64,000 nt of DNA from Phaeosaccion multiseriatum (lineage: Eukaryota; Protista; Ochrophyta, other classes). The position numbers and the translations under genes are program-made. The notes below the pieces were generated by a model that saw nothing but the letters and a program-made list of their open reading frames with translations, was not told the origin of the DNA and did no database searches. This document shows positions 40,393 through 51,623 of the stretch, in pieces. The stretch is taken from positions 1,116,001 to 1,180,000 of the forward strand of contig OZ218955.1 of assembly GCA_965112735.1 (NCBI GenBank). Reading direction: 5' to 3'. Numbering within the stretch: the first letter of the stretch is position 1; each line of letters opens with the position of its first letter.

Positions 40393-42955
40393 ATGGGCGA
40401 TGGCGACGAAGGCAGCGAAGGAGGAGCAGAAGGAGCACTCCAACGACAGATCACCACTCGCCTGCAGCCGCGGCTTAACGCCATTGAGAAGATTCGTGCG
40501 GACCTCGGCGCTGAAGGTGCATCCACATATTTCTTTTCCGCTTACCCCTGGTTCCACTCACTGCATCTCTTCTTCCCTTCCCCATCTGAAGGCATCGAGG
40601 TGCCCGGAGTCGTTGTGGCTGGGGCTCAGTCCGCCGGGAAGAGCTCAGTGCTAGAGACTTTGTCAGGAGTGAGTCTACCCAGAGGTGCGTAAATTAAACA
40701 CATGTTACAAAACTGCACCCTTGTGACGATGTACTTTGCCCTCACGTCACAGGCGAGACGATAACCACACGAGTTCCCCTCATCCTTCGCCTGGAAAGCG
40801 ATCCCACGCTCGCGACACCGAGAGCTTGGGTAGGGGACAACCCCGATGTGGACAATAAAGGGAAAGAGGTGGCCTCCCTTTCGGACATTGCTGATCAAAT
40901 AACCACGCTCACCACCAAGCTGGCAGGGTCGGGGGGAAGGGTGGTGGACAAGCCCATCCACCTCAAGATTATTAAGCCCCAGGGCCCTACAATGACGCTC
41001 ATTGACCTTCCGGGCATCACTCATATGAGCGTTGGCGACGAGCAAGAGGACATCCATGGGGCCACGACGGCGCTGGTGAAGAAGTACATTGACAACAGCG
41101 CGATGATCATAATGTGCGTGATCCCCGCCACCGAGGACTTCGCCAACGCTGAGGCGGTCAAGCTGGCCAAAGCTGTGGACCCAGAGGGGATTCGCACGCT
41201 TGGCGTGGTGACAAAGGTGAGGTGTGCCTGTTCCACAGAGCCCTCACTCCGACGCGCGACACGAGCCTTAACTGGTCTGCCGTGTTGCTTCTCCGTCCTC
41301 GTTTGCCACTTCCCCGTTGCCTCTCCGTCTCTCTCGCTGCGTCGCTCTCACCCGTGCGATACTTGTCAGGTCGACTACGTCAAAGCGGGGCTCAAGCTCG
41401 TGGAGAAGATCCACGGAGACGGACCACGGGCTGTGAAATTGAAGCTCGGCTTCGTCGCGGTGAAGAACAGATCGGCGGAGGAGGATGAGCGTGATCTCTC
41501 ATCGGAGGAGCTGAAGGTGGTGGAGCAGCGCTTCTTCGAGACCAACTCAGACCTCAAGGGCCTGGACCGATGCTACTGGGGCATAGACACTCTAGTCACC
41601 AAGGTGGTGGATGTGCAGACGAGGGTTGTCGACGCCTTCATGCCCACCATCCGAGCGCGGTTGAAGGAGCAAATCGATTTACTTGAGCAGCAGCTGCGTC
41701 AGGCGGAGCCGGCGTTTCAGGATGATTCTAGTATGATCCGAATGTACGGCCAGGCCTTGGCAGAGGTGCAGGCGCGCTTTCTGGAGCTGTGCAGGGGTGG
41801 CTGGGTCCACATTGGCGAAGAGAACGAAGTGGACATGAACGTCGCGGCGGAGACTCACGCCCTGTCCAACGCCTTCGAGGAGAAGGTTCGAAAGGCCATG
41901 CCCGTCTTCTACAGCGAGGACTACTTGAAGAAGGTGCTGAAAGTGCTGGAATACACGGCAGGGGCGTCTCTGCCGAACTTCCTCAGCCACCCGGCTTTTG
42001 TGAGTCTCAAGCATGAACTGTTCCACGACGTGAGCAAGGAAGCGAGCGAAGAGCTACTGCGGGGTATGAGCGAGTACGTGAATGACGTCATGACGGTCAT
42101 CCTGAAGGACGAGATGGGCAGCAACTACCCGCGGCTCCTGGCTGCCCTCACGGATGACGTTCTTCCCGACCTCCTGACGCGATACCAGCGGGCCGGAGCG
42201 GGCATTGTGTCCAGCATGTTGGAGGCTGAGGAGCGTGTCTTCACCATCAACGACTACTACACAGACACGCTCACCAAACTGACGACAGCAGTAACGGGCA
42301 TGAATGAGTTGGGTGTGGGTTCAGAAGTTGATGTGGAAGCGATGAATGCTTCCGGCTGCTGCTGCCCAGCGTGTCGTACGGCCACAGTAGATGTGCGGAT
42401 GACTATTTCGGCAATAGCGGAAGGTGGCAGCATCTCCTTCACATGCCCTCACGGAAAAGTAGTCACAGGCAATTGGGACAACATTTCGAGCTTCCCAGGC
42501 TTTCCTAGCCCCAGAGGTTTAGCTCTACTGTGCGCGAGGCATGCGGCCAACAAGAGTGCAAAGCATCACGCGGCCCTACACATGATCAACAGCATCTACG
42601 CCTACAGCAAGGTGGTCCGCAAGCGTATGTGCGACGTAGTCCCCATGCTCGTCCACATGTTCCTCGTCACCCACGTCGGCACAGGCTTCCTCGAGTACGG
42701 TGAGTGGCCCTCTGGGCCCCAAACCCTTTGCCTCAGTGAGCGAACTGCTACTTACTGCCTGCCCTTGCCGCTACGTCCGCTCTCTGCTCGCTGCCTCGCT
42801 CGCCCACTGCAGCCACGAAGGAGGAAGTGATGCCCCTCTCTCGACTGCGAGGCTGCCTGGCGGAAGACCCTACTGTGGCGGAGGAGAGGAAGCGGAAGCA
42901 GCGCTCTCTGGACCGCTACAGGCACGCTTTTGAAACGCTCAAGAACGTGGCCTGA
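40393..42955 (+). CDS. Mx-like / DRP4-like dynamin-family GTPase
   Basis: Exons ~40393-40517, 40592-40684, 40753-41216, 41370-42699, 42813-42955. G1 VVVAGAQSAGKSSVLE..LPRG, G2 TTRVPL, G3 TLIDLPGI, G4 RTLGVVTKVD. Stalk motifs G..LPNFL and FTINDYY. GED with AY..V..KR..D.VP and LAEDP..RK..L. No PH or PRD domain. These stalk motifs are typical of the Mx/DRP4 branch. Confidence 0.88.
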
Positions 42956-44099
42956 GGGGTCAAGACTGCAGAGGGGTCAGGCCACGCACGCACACACAGA
43001 GGAGGTGCCCAGCCCTGAACTGAGTACTACCTCAGAGGCTTCTTTCCTTTTTTTCTTTTGATGGTAGACACACTTACGCACACAAATATCGTAGGTAGCA
43101 GAAGTATTGTTGTGGTGGAGAAGTAAACATACAAAGGCGAACAACAGCAAAGCTTTGCGTTGCACTCTTCCATGTAGAACAGCCCCAGTCGTCGAGCGGT
43201 ACGGTCACCCGAATGGCCTTGCACTCGCTCTGTGCGATCCATGGGTCACCGAGTCACGCATGTCTCGCAGCCACCCCCCCTTGTGAAAGGCATCAGACAG
43301 ATGTAAGTGAATTCCCTCACATGGGGAAGGACCCACAACCCCGCCGACGAGAAAAGAAGAAATGGCTGCCTACGTCTGGGCCATTGACTTACAATCTGGG
43401 CTCCGTGTCTCTGACGCCTCTTCATTTTTTCCCAGGGGAAAGGACCTGAGATAGGCACAGAGCGTGGCAAGCTATTGTGAGAGAGCCCTTCTTCCTCTTC
43501 GCTTGTAGTGGGGCAGGCCTGGGTAGGAGGGGCTTGTCTTGAGTCAGGATTTGGTCGGCTTGGTTCCCCCCCTCTGCCTCACCTAGCTTAGCGCTGCGTT
43601 GGCCTCTTCTTGCACAGAGAGTGAAGTGGAGGGACCGTGACAGGCTGTGAGGACAACGCGGCGAGGGAGTCCTCCTTCCCGACGCTTTTCGTGCGACACA
43701 CCTGAGGGGGGCGGGCATCGCCTGCTTGGTTCCCCCGATTTTCTCTTCCCCCCGCTCTCGCCCTCTCCTGCGAGAGGCTGGGGATCGGCAGGTCAACCCG
43801 TCCTCACCATGCCGCAGCAGGCGAGAGCACCCGAGGTAAGGCACAGCAGGGGCTCGCTCGGTGACCCGTCGTAGGAGCGAGGTAGATCATGTGAGGGTAG
43901 CGAGCGGAAATGAGTCTCCCTTTCAAAGGGGAGCGCGCCCAGCGTAAGCGGATGACAACGTGTCGGAGGTGTGTTTGCGTTAGGCTCTTAAAGGAATGCT
44001 CCTCCAGTCCAGTGTACTGAGCGCGATTCGCCATTCCCCACCTTTGCTTGTCGCTCTCACTGCCTTCTCTCCCGAACGCTGCACGCATGGACAAGCAAG

Positions 44100-45413
44100 A
44101 TGCAACGACTCTATCAGTCCATCGTTGGAAAGGAAAGCCTCTCCACTGTACAAGCGCTGGTTAGGAAGCTCGTCGCCAAGCACGGCAAAGCGATATTGGA
44201 GAAGCCTGTCGACGAAGAAGGCTATACGGCTATGATGTGGGCTGCGAGTTACGATCGACTGGATGTCGTTGACCTTCTGCTACAGGAGGGGGCCTCCTTC
44301 AGCACCGGGGAAGGGTCGCGCTGGACCACGCCATTGATAGCGGCTAGCTTTCGGGGAAATAACGAAGTGGTGAGGCGGCTGTTGAATGTCGGGGCTGATG
44401 TAAACCATGTCTCTCTCGACGGGTTGACGCCTTTGATTGCGGCTGCCACTAAAGGGCAATTCACAACTGTGCAGCACCTCCTTCTGGCGGGGGCCGGTGT
44501 CAATGCTGCTGATAATGAGGGATGTACTTCGATCCTGGAGGCTTCTCAGAAAGGGCACACCTCCGTCGTGGAGCGGCTCATTGCAGCGGGCGCGGATGTG
44601 AACAAAGTAGACAATATCGGAAGGACTCCACTCTTCGTGGCGTCCCTCTACGGGCATGAGAGCGTGGTGCAGCGGCTGATCAGGGCCAACGCCAACATCG
44701 AAAGGGCTGATGGGAGCGGCCACACTCCACTGTGGGCAGCCTCGGGGGGCGGGCATGCGTCCATCGTGCAGCAGCTTCTCGATGAGCATGCCTACGTGGA
44801 GGCCAAAACCAACAAGGGCACTACTCCTCTCATAATCGCTGCTCTTAAAGGACGCTTGGCCGTGGTGAAGCTACTATTGGCTGCAGGGGCGGACGTACTC
44901 GCGTCTGACCCCAGGGGCTTCACTCCTCTGCACATGGCCGCTCAAGAAGGTCACGACGCCGTGGTGGAGCGGCTTCTCTCTGCGGGGGCAAAGGTGGAGA
45001 CAGCGACCAACAATGGTGCAACACCCCTCCACCTTGCTGCTCAAGAAGGACACGAGGCCGTCGTCGCTCATCTCACCTCTGCCGGATCCCCGATTGATGC
45101 CCTGGGAACGAACGGCGCCACTCCACTGCTTTCCGCCATCTACAACAATCATCACGACATTGCACGGCAGCTCCTGTCGGCCGATGCCTCGGTGGACAAG
45201 GCCTTGACTGTGGCACGGACACATCAACTCGGCCCCGAGATTGAGCAGCGGCTCAGAGACGCAGCAGCGTCCTTCTTCAGATCTCAAAGCGCACTGGACC
45301 TGATGCGAAGGACCGATCCGACCTTCGGCAAGGAGAGGGGGATGTCGCCGCTGGAGAGGCCCTGGAGCGTGAGCAGCGAGGTGTGGGAGAGCATGGCGGA
45401 GGAAATGAGCTGA
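44100..45413 (+). CDS. Ankyrin-repeat protein, paralog A (10 repeats + ~70-aa C-terminal tail)
   Basis: 437-aa ORF with G.TPL..AA..G...VV..LL..GA 33-aa repeats. Possible 5' mini-exon MPQQARAPE|GTAAG at ~43809-43835 splicing to AAG|ATG at 44100. Confidence 0.92.
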   Translation: MQRLYQSIVGKESLSTVQALVRKLVAKHGKAILEKPVDEEGYTAMMWAASYDRLDVVDLLLQEGASFSTGEGSRWTTPLIAASFRGNNEVVRRLLNVGADVNHVSLDGLTPLIAAATKGQFTTVQHLLLAGAGVNAADNEGCTSILEASQKGHTSVVERLIAAGADVNKVDNIGRTPLFVASLYGHESVVQRLIRANANIERADGSGHTPLWAASGGGHASIVQQLLDEHAYVEAKTNKGTTPLIIAALKGRLAVVKLLLAAGADVLASDPRGFTPLHMAAQEGHDAVVERLLSAGAKVETATNNGATPLHLAAQEGHEAVVAHLTSAGSPIDALGTNGATPLLSAIYNNHHDIARQLLSADASVDKALTVARTHQLGPEIEQRLRDAAASFFRSQSALDLMRRTDPTFGKERGMSPLERPWSVSSEVWESMAEEMS

Positions 45414-48295
45414 AGTCAAGAGTAGGGGGCCGGGGTGAGATGCGAGGTGGGGGGGGGACAACGACCGAGTCTAAAGAGGACTGCTCTCGCTCGCTTGCAC
45501 CAGTCAGGCCATGGGGAGTATGGGCATACCACGATGCGATGCCAGAGAGGCACCGTCTATGGCACTTTCAGATCGACTTGGCGGGAATGACTTTGGGATC
45601 GAAGCAAAAGGAACGGGGTTGGGGGGGGGGGTGAGATTCACACAGGTGTAGTAAACAGATTCACACTGGGGTAGCTAACAAATAGGTTCAATACAGTGCT
45701 CGAGTTTTGTTCGGCGAAGGATTTTGTTCGGGTAAGATGCACATCGGGAGTTCCGCTCGCTCGGGTGGGCGGAGGCATTCTAAAATCGAGATACGATATG
45801 CCCATAAGGTTCTTGGGTCGGGCGCAGCAGGCGGGCTCAGCAAGGTCGTAGATTGGAGGGGGCACAATTCCCCTGGTCTCCGGCACAAGCGCATACGCGA
45901 AGGTGATGCCAGCAGTGGGGTGCTGTGCTCGGGTGGAGGCGAAGGCAAGCCACACGCTCATCGAGGCAGCTGCTGTGCAGTCCAGTCGAAGCAATACCCA
46001 CTCACTCACTCCACACTCACACTCACTCACATACTCACTCACCCTCACTCACTCACCCACTCACTCACTCCCGTCATCGAGCAGAGTCTTGTGAGCCACC
46101 GCTGCTCCCTCCATTGGCTCCTACCGTCTTCACAAAGGCCTGCCTTCGGCGAGAGCAACACTCCGCTACAACGTAACCATCAGCGCATGTCTGTCGTGGG
46201 ATCGTCCTATCCGTCTTCACTTGAAAAGGAGGCAAACGGACTCGCCCCCCCCCCCCCGAGGCGAGCGGACTTCTGTAGGGCTTACGTCAGCCTTCTGTAG
46301 ACCCTTATGTAGGCCCTTGGTTAGTCCTCATGTGCACCCTATGTAGGCCTCTGGAAGGGTCAGGTCAGAACTTGGAGCGCGTTGACGCCAAGCAAGTGCC
46401 AAGCATTGAGTTAACAGCAGCTCTTGCGTCCTCAGCTTTCTCGCGTGCAACTAAAGAACCTGAGTAGTATGGATGTTGGTGCTCGCTTTGCTTTGCATTA
46501 CCTTAAGGCCTTACTCTTGGGGGAGGAAAAGGGGTCAGGACCTGGAGGGGGCTACCGCTCCAGCAGTTTGAGTCTCAGTTTCAGTCTCGATGGGATTGCC
46601 CCCCCCCCCCTGGGTGGACCTGCCCTTGATTGCGCTCATACACGCCCAGTGCGCGGGGCAAAGTGGTAAGAGGCGACTGAGGACTGAGGCGTGGGGACTG
46701 AGAGTCTGACCACTGATAACTGAGCAACTGAGCACGTCGCTCAGGACGCGAGGCCGTCTTCCCTCAATCAACTCTCCTTTCTCCCCTCAAAGCCCAGACG
46801 TGAAAGCCGCGCGTGAGGAGACGAAGAAGGCAGAGGGGGGGTAGCTAGAGGGGAAAGACCGGCTGTTGGAGGGAATGCTTCCTGCTAAACACTCACCCCA
46901 CTTCCTCTTCCATGAGCACTGGGCAACACATGACGCGTCGCTCGTGCTCGTCTGTACACATGGCCGACAAACATTCGGACCGAGATGCACGGACGAGATG
47001 GGCGGGAAAGCTTCGCGCATCGAGAGCGAGGTACCATGGAACATCACATAGAGCAGCGGTGCATGACGGCGGGAGAGTAAACAGCGCGAACGGTGCCAAA
47101 GAGGCGGTGCTTCTCTAGGGCCTGAGGACACTCTGGAGAGGGGCGCCATGGGTCGTGTGTGGCCCAGGGAGAGCTGCTGCCTCGACAAAGTGTGAGTGGG
47201 GGGGTTGGTGCATGGACCTGCAGACTTCGTAGGGGTTTTGCTCTTCTAAGGAGGGGGGCAGGCTAGGTAGGAGGCACTCTAGGCGCGCGCGCACACACAT
47301 ACAAGTTAGCAATTGAAGGATACAGCCCTACACGCCGCAGATAAGTGTATATCTGCAGATAAGTGTATATCTGAGAGGAAAACTTGAGGGGCTCTCTTGG
47401 ACAAGCCTGTGTATTGGAAAACGCCCGTGTGTCGTGTCGCGAGTCGTGGAGCGGTGCCTTCAACGGGAGCGAGAGCGACGCTGTCGAATGGCCTTGCACT
47501 CGCTCTGTGCGATCCATGGGTCACCGAGTCACGTATGTCTCGCAGCCACCCCCCATTGTGAGAGGCATCAGACAGATGTAAGTGAATTAGAGAGGCGGGA
47601 AGATAATTCGTCGAGAAAGGAAGAAATGGCTGCCTACGTCTGGGCCATTGACTTACAATCTGGGCTCCGTGCCTCTGACGCCTCGTCATTTTTTCCCAGG
47701 GGAAAGAACCCTGCTGATAGGCAGAGCGTGGAAAGCTCTTGAGAGAGCCCTCCTTCCTCTTCGCTTGTAGTGGGGCACGCCTGGGGGGGAGGGGCTTGTC
47801 TTGAGTCAGGATTTGGTCGGCTTGGTTCCCCCCCGCTCTCACCTAGCTTAGCGCTGCGTTGGCCTCTTCTTGCACTGAGAGTGAAGTGGAGGGACCGTGA
47901 CAGGCTGTGAGGACAACGCGGCGAGGGATCCCTCCTTCCCGACACTTTTCGTGCGACACGCCTCTCCTGCGAGAGGCTTGGGATCGGCAGGTCAACCCGT
48001 CCTCACCATGCCTCAGCAGGCCAGAGCATCCGAGGTAAGGCACAGCAGGGGCTCGCTTGGTGACCTGTCGTTGGAGCGAGGTAGATGATGTGAGGGTAGC
48101 GAGCGGAAATGAGTCTCCCTTTCGAAGGGGAGCGCGCCCAGCGTATGCGGATGACAACGTATCAGAGGAGTGTTTGCGTTAGGCCCTTGAAGGAATCCTC
48201 CAGTCCAGTGTACTGAGCGCGATTCGCCATTCCCCACCTTTGCTTGTCGCCCTCACTGCCTTCTCTCCCGAACGCTGCACGCATGGACAAGCAAG

Positions 48296-50203
48296 ATGCA
48301 ACGACTCTATCAGTCCATCATTGAAATGGAAAGCCTCTCCACTGTGAGAGCGCTGGTTAGGAAGCTCACCGCCAAGCACGGCAAAGCGATATTGGAGAAG
48401 CCTGACGACGAAGAAGGCTATACGGCTATGATGTGGGCTGCGGTTTGCGGTCGGCTGGACGTCGTTGACCTTCTGCTACAGGAGGGGGCCTCCTTCAGCA
48501 CCGGGGAAGGGTCGCGCTGGACCACGCCATTGATAGCGGCTAGCTTTCGGGGAAATAACGAAGTGGTGAGGCGGCTGTTGAATGTCGGGGCTGATGTAAA
48601 CCATGTCTCTCTCGACGGGTTGACGCCTTTGATTGCGGCTGCCACTAAAGGGCAATTCACAACTGTGCAGCACCTCCTTCTGGCGGGGGCCGGTGTCAAT
48701 GCTGCTGATAATGAGGGATGTACTTCGATCCGGGCGGCTTCTCAGAATGGGCACACCTCCGTCGTGGAGCGGCTCATTGCAGCGGGCGCGGATGTGAACA
48801 AAGTAGGCAACATCGGAAGGACTCCACTCATTATGGCGTCCCTCTACGGGCATGGGAGTGTGGTACAGAAGCTCATTGGGGCCAACGCCACCATCGACAA
48901 GGCTGATGACCAAGGCTTCACTCCACTCTTCGCGGCCTCGAAGTACGGGCATGCGTCCATCGTGCAGCAGCTCCTCGATGAGCATGCCAACGTGGAGGCC
49001 AGAACCAACAAGGGCACTACTCCTCTCGTGGTCGCTGCTGCCAGAGGACGCTTGGCCGTGGTGAAGTTACTTTTGGCTGCAGGAGCAAAGGTGGAGACAG
49101 CGGACAACTATGGTCCAACGCCCCTCCACTTTGCTGCTGAAGGAGGTCACGAAGACGTGGTGGAGCGGCTTCTCTCTGCAGGAGCAAAGGTGGAGACAGC
49201 GACCATCGATGGTACAACAGCCCTCCACGTTGCTGCTCACCAAGGTCACGAGGCCGTCGTGGAGCGGCTTCTCTCTGTAGGAGCAAGGGTGGAGACAGCG
49301 GACAACCATGGTGCAACACCCCTCCACGTTGCTGCTAAAAAAGGACACGAGGCCGTGGTGGAGCGGCTTCTCTCTACGGGAGGAAAGGTGGAGACAGCGA
49401 CCAACGATGGTGTAACACCCCTCCACCTTGCTGCTCACCAAGGGCACGAGGCCGTGGTGGAGCGGCTTCTTTCTGCGGGGGCAAAGGCGGAGACAGCGGC
49501 CAACGACGGTGCAACACCCCTCCACTTTGCTGCTGAAAAAGGTCAGGAGGCCGTGGTGGAGCGGCTTCTCTCTGCAGGAGCAAAGGTAGAGACAGTGGCC
49601 AACGACGGTGCAACACCGCTCTACATGGCTGCTTACCAAGGTCACGAGGCCGTGGTGGAGCGGCTTCTTTCTGCGGGGGCAAAGGCGGAGACAGGGGCCA
49701 ACGACGGTGCAACACCCCTCCACCTTGCTGCTGAAAAAGGTCACGAAGCCGTGGTGGAGCGGCTTCTCTCTGCAGGAGCAAAGGTGGAGACAGTGTGCGG
49801 CGATGGTGCAACACCCCTCCACCTTGCTGCTCAAGAAGGTCACGAGGCTGTCGTCGCTCGTCTCATCTCTGCCGGATCCCCGATCGATGCACAGAGATCG
49901 AACGGCTGCACCCCACTGCTTTCCGCCATCCTCAACAATCATCCCGGCATTGCACTGCAGCTTCTGGCGGCCGATGCCTCGGTGGACAAGGCCTTGGATG
50001 CGGCACGGAGACATCAACTCGGCCCTGAGATTGAGCAGCGGCTCAGAGACGCAGCAGCGGCCTTCTTCCGATCTCAAAGCGCACTGGACTTGATGCGAAG
50101 GACCGATCCGACCTTCGGCAAGGAGAGCAGGGTTTTGCCGCTGAAGAGGCCCTGGAGTGTCGGGAGCGAGACGTGGGAGAGCATGGCGGAGGAAATGAGC
50201 TGA
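48296..50203 (+). CDS. Ankyrin-repeat protein, paralog B (16 repeats)
   Basis: 635 aa = paralog A + 198 aa (6 x 33); same N- and C-termini. Confidence 0.92.
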   Translation: MQRLYQSIIEMESLSTVRALVRKLTAKHGKAILEKPDDEEGYTAMMWAAVCGRLDVVDLLLQEGASFSTGEGSRWTTPLIAASFRGNNEVVRRLLNVGADVNHVSLDGLTPLIAAATKGQFTTVQHLLLAGAGVNAADNEGCTSIRAASQNGHTSVVERLIAAGADVNKVGNIGRTPLIMASLYGHGSVVQKLIGANATIDKADDQGFTPLFAASKYGHASIVQQLLDEHANVEARTNKGTTPLVVAAARGRLAVVKLLLAAGAKVETADNYGPTPLHFAAEGGHEDVVERLLSAGAKVETATIDGTTALHVAAHQGHEAVVERLLSVGARVETADNHGATPLHVAAKKGHEAVVERLLSTGGKVETATNDGVTPLHLAAHQGHEAVVERLLSAGAKAETAANDGATPLHFAAEKGQEAVVERLLSAGAKVETVANDGATPLYMAAYQGHEAVVERLLSAGAKAETGANDGATPLHLAAEKGHEAVVERLLSAGAKVETVCGDGATPLHLAAQEGHEAVVARLISAGSPIDAQRSNGCTPLLSAILNNHPGIALQLLAADASVDKALDAARRHQLGPEIEQRLRDAAAAFFRSQSALDLMRRTDPTFGKESRVLPLKRPWSVGSETWESMAEEMS

Positions 50204-51623
50204 ACGGGCTAAGACGCGACGAGGGACGACAATCATTCGGGCCGAGACGTACGAACGAGATGGGCGGGAAAGCTTCGCGCATCGAGAGCGAGGTACCATG
50301 GAACATCACATGGAGCAGCGGTGCATGTCGGCGGGAGAGTGAACAGCGCGAGCGGTGCCAAAGAGGTGGTGCTTCTCTAGGGCCTGAGGACGCTCTGCAG
50401 AGAGGCGGCACGGGTCGTGTGTGGCCCAGGGAGTGCTGCTGCCTCTACAAGGTGTGAGTGGGGGGGTTGCTGCATGGACCTGCAGACTTCGTAGGCGTTG
50501 TGCTCTTCTAAGGAGGGGGGCAGGCTAGGTAGGAGGCGTTCTAGGCGTACACACACACGTACACGCACACGCACACACACTAGTTTTAAAAATACTTTGT
50601 AAGAATGATATAGCCCCTACACGTCGCAGAGAAGTATATATCCGAAAGGAGAACTTGAGGGGCTCTCCTGGACAAGCCTGTGTATTGAGAAACGCCCGTG
50701 TGTCGTGTCGCGAGTCGTCAAGCGGTGCCTTCAACGGGAGCGAGAGCGACGCTGTCGAATTGCCTTGCACTCGCTCTGTGCCATCCATGGGTCACCGAGT
50801 CACGCATGTCTCGCAGCCACCCCCCACTGTGAAAGGCATCAGACAGATGTAAGTGAAGTAGACACATGGGGAAGGGCCCAGCCGAGAAAGGAAGAAATGG
50901 TTGCCTACGCCTGGGCCATTGACTTATATTCCGGGCTCCGTGTCTCTGACGCCTCTTCATTTCTATGCGGGAATGTAGCAAAAAAAAGGACCCTGATAGG
51001 CAGAGCGTGGCAAGCTATTGAGAGAGCCCTCCTTACTCTTCACTTGTAGTGGGGCACGCCTGGGGAGGAGGGGCTTGTCTTGAGTCAGGATTTGGTCGGC
51101 TTGGTTCCCCCCCGCTCTCACCTAGCTTAGCGCTGCGTGGGCCTCTTCTTGCACTGAGAGTGAAGTGGAGGGACCGTGACAGGCTGTGAGGACAACGCGG
51201 CGAGGGAGCCCTCCTTCCCCGACACTTTTCGTGCAACACGCCTGAGGGGGACGGGCATCGCCTGCTTGGTTCCCCCGATTTTCTCTCCCCCCCGCTCTCG
51301 CCCTCTCCTGCGAGAGGCTGGGGATCGACAGGTCAACCCGTCCTCACCATGCCTCAGCAGGCCAGAGCACCCGAGGTAAGGCACAGCAGGGGCTCGCTCG
51401 GTGACCTGTCGTTGGAGCGAGGTAGATCATGTGAGGGTAGCGAGCGGAAATGAGTCTCCCTTTCGAAGGGGAGCGCGCCAGCGTAAGCGGATGACAACGT
51501 GTGGGAGGAGTGTTTGCGTTGGGCTATTGAAGGAATGCTCCTCCAGTCCAGAGTACTGAGCGCGATTCGCCATTCCCCACCTTCGCTTGTCGCCCTCACT
51601 ACCTTCTCTCCCAACCTTGCAAG

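Noticed and set aside
45414-46960. Short ORFs in the unique spacer between ankyrin A and B
   Set aside because: No recognisable motifs or splice chain.
49067-50299. 410-aa antisense ORF (also 51354-52370 and 44874-45461)
   Set aside because: Shadow frames of the GC-rich repetitive ankyrin coding strand.
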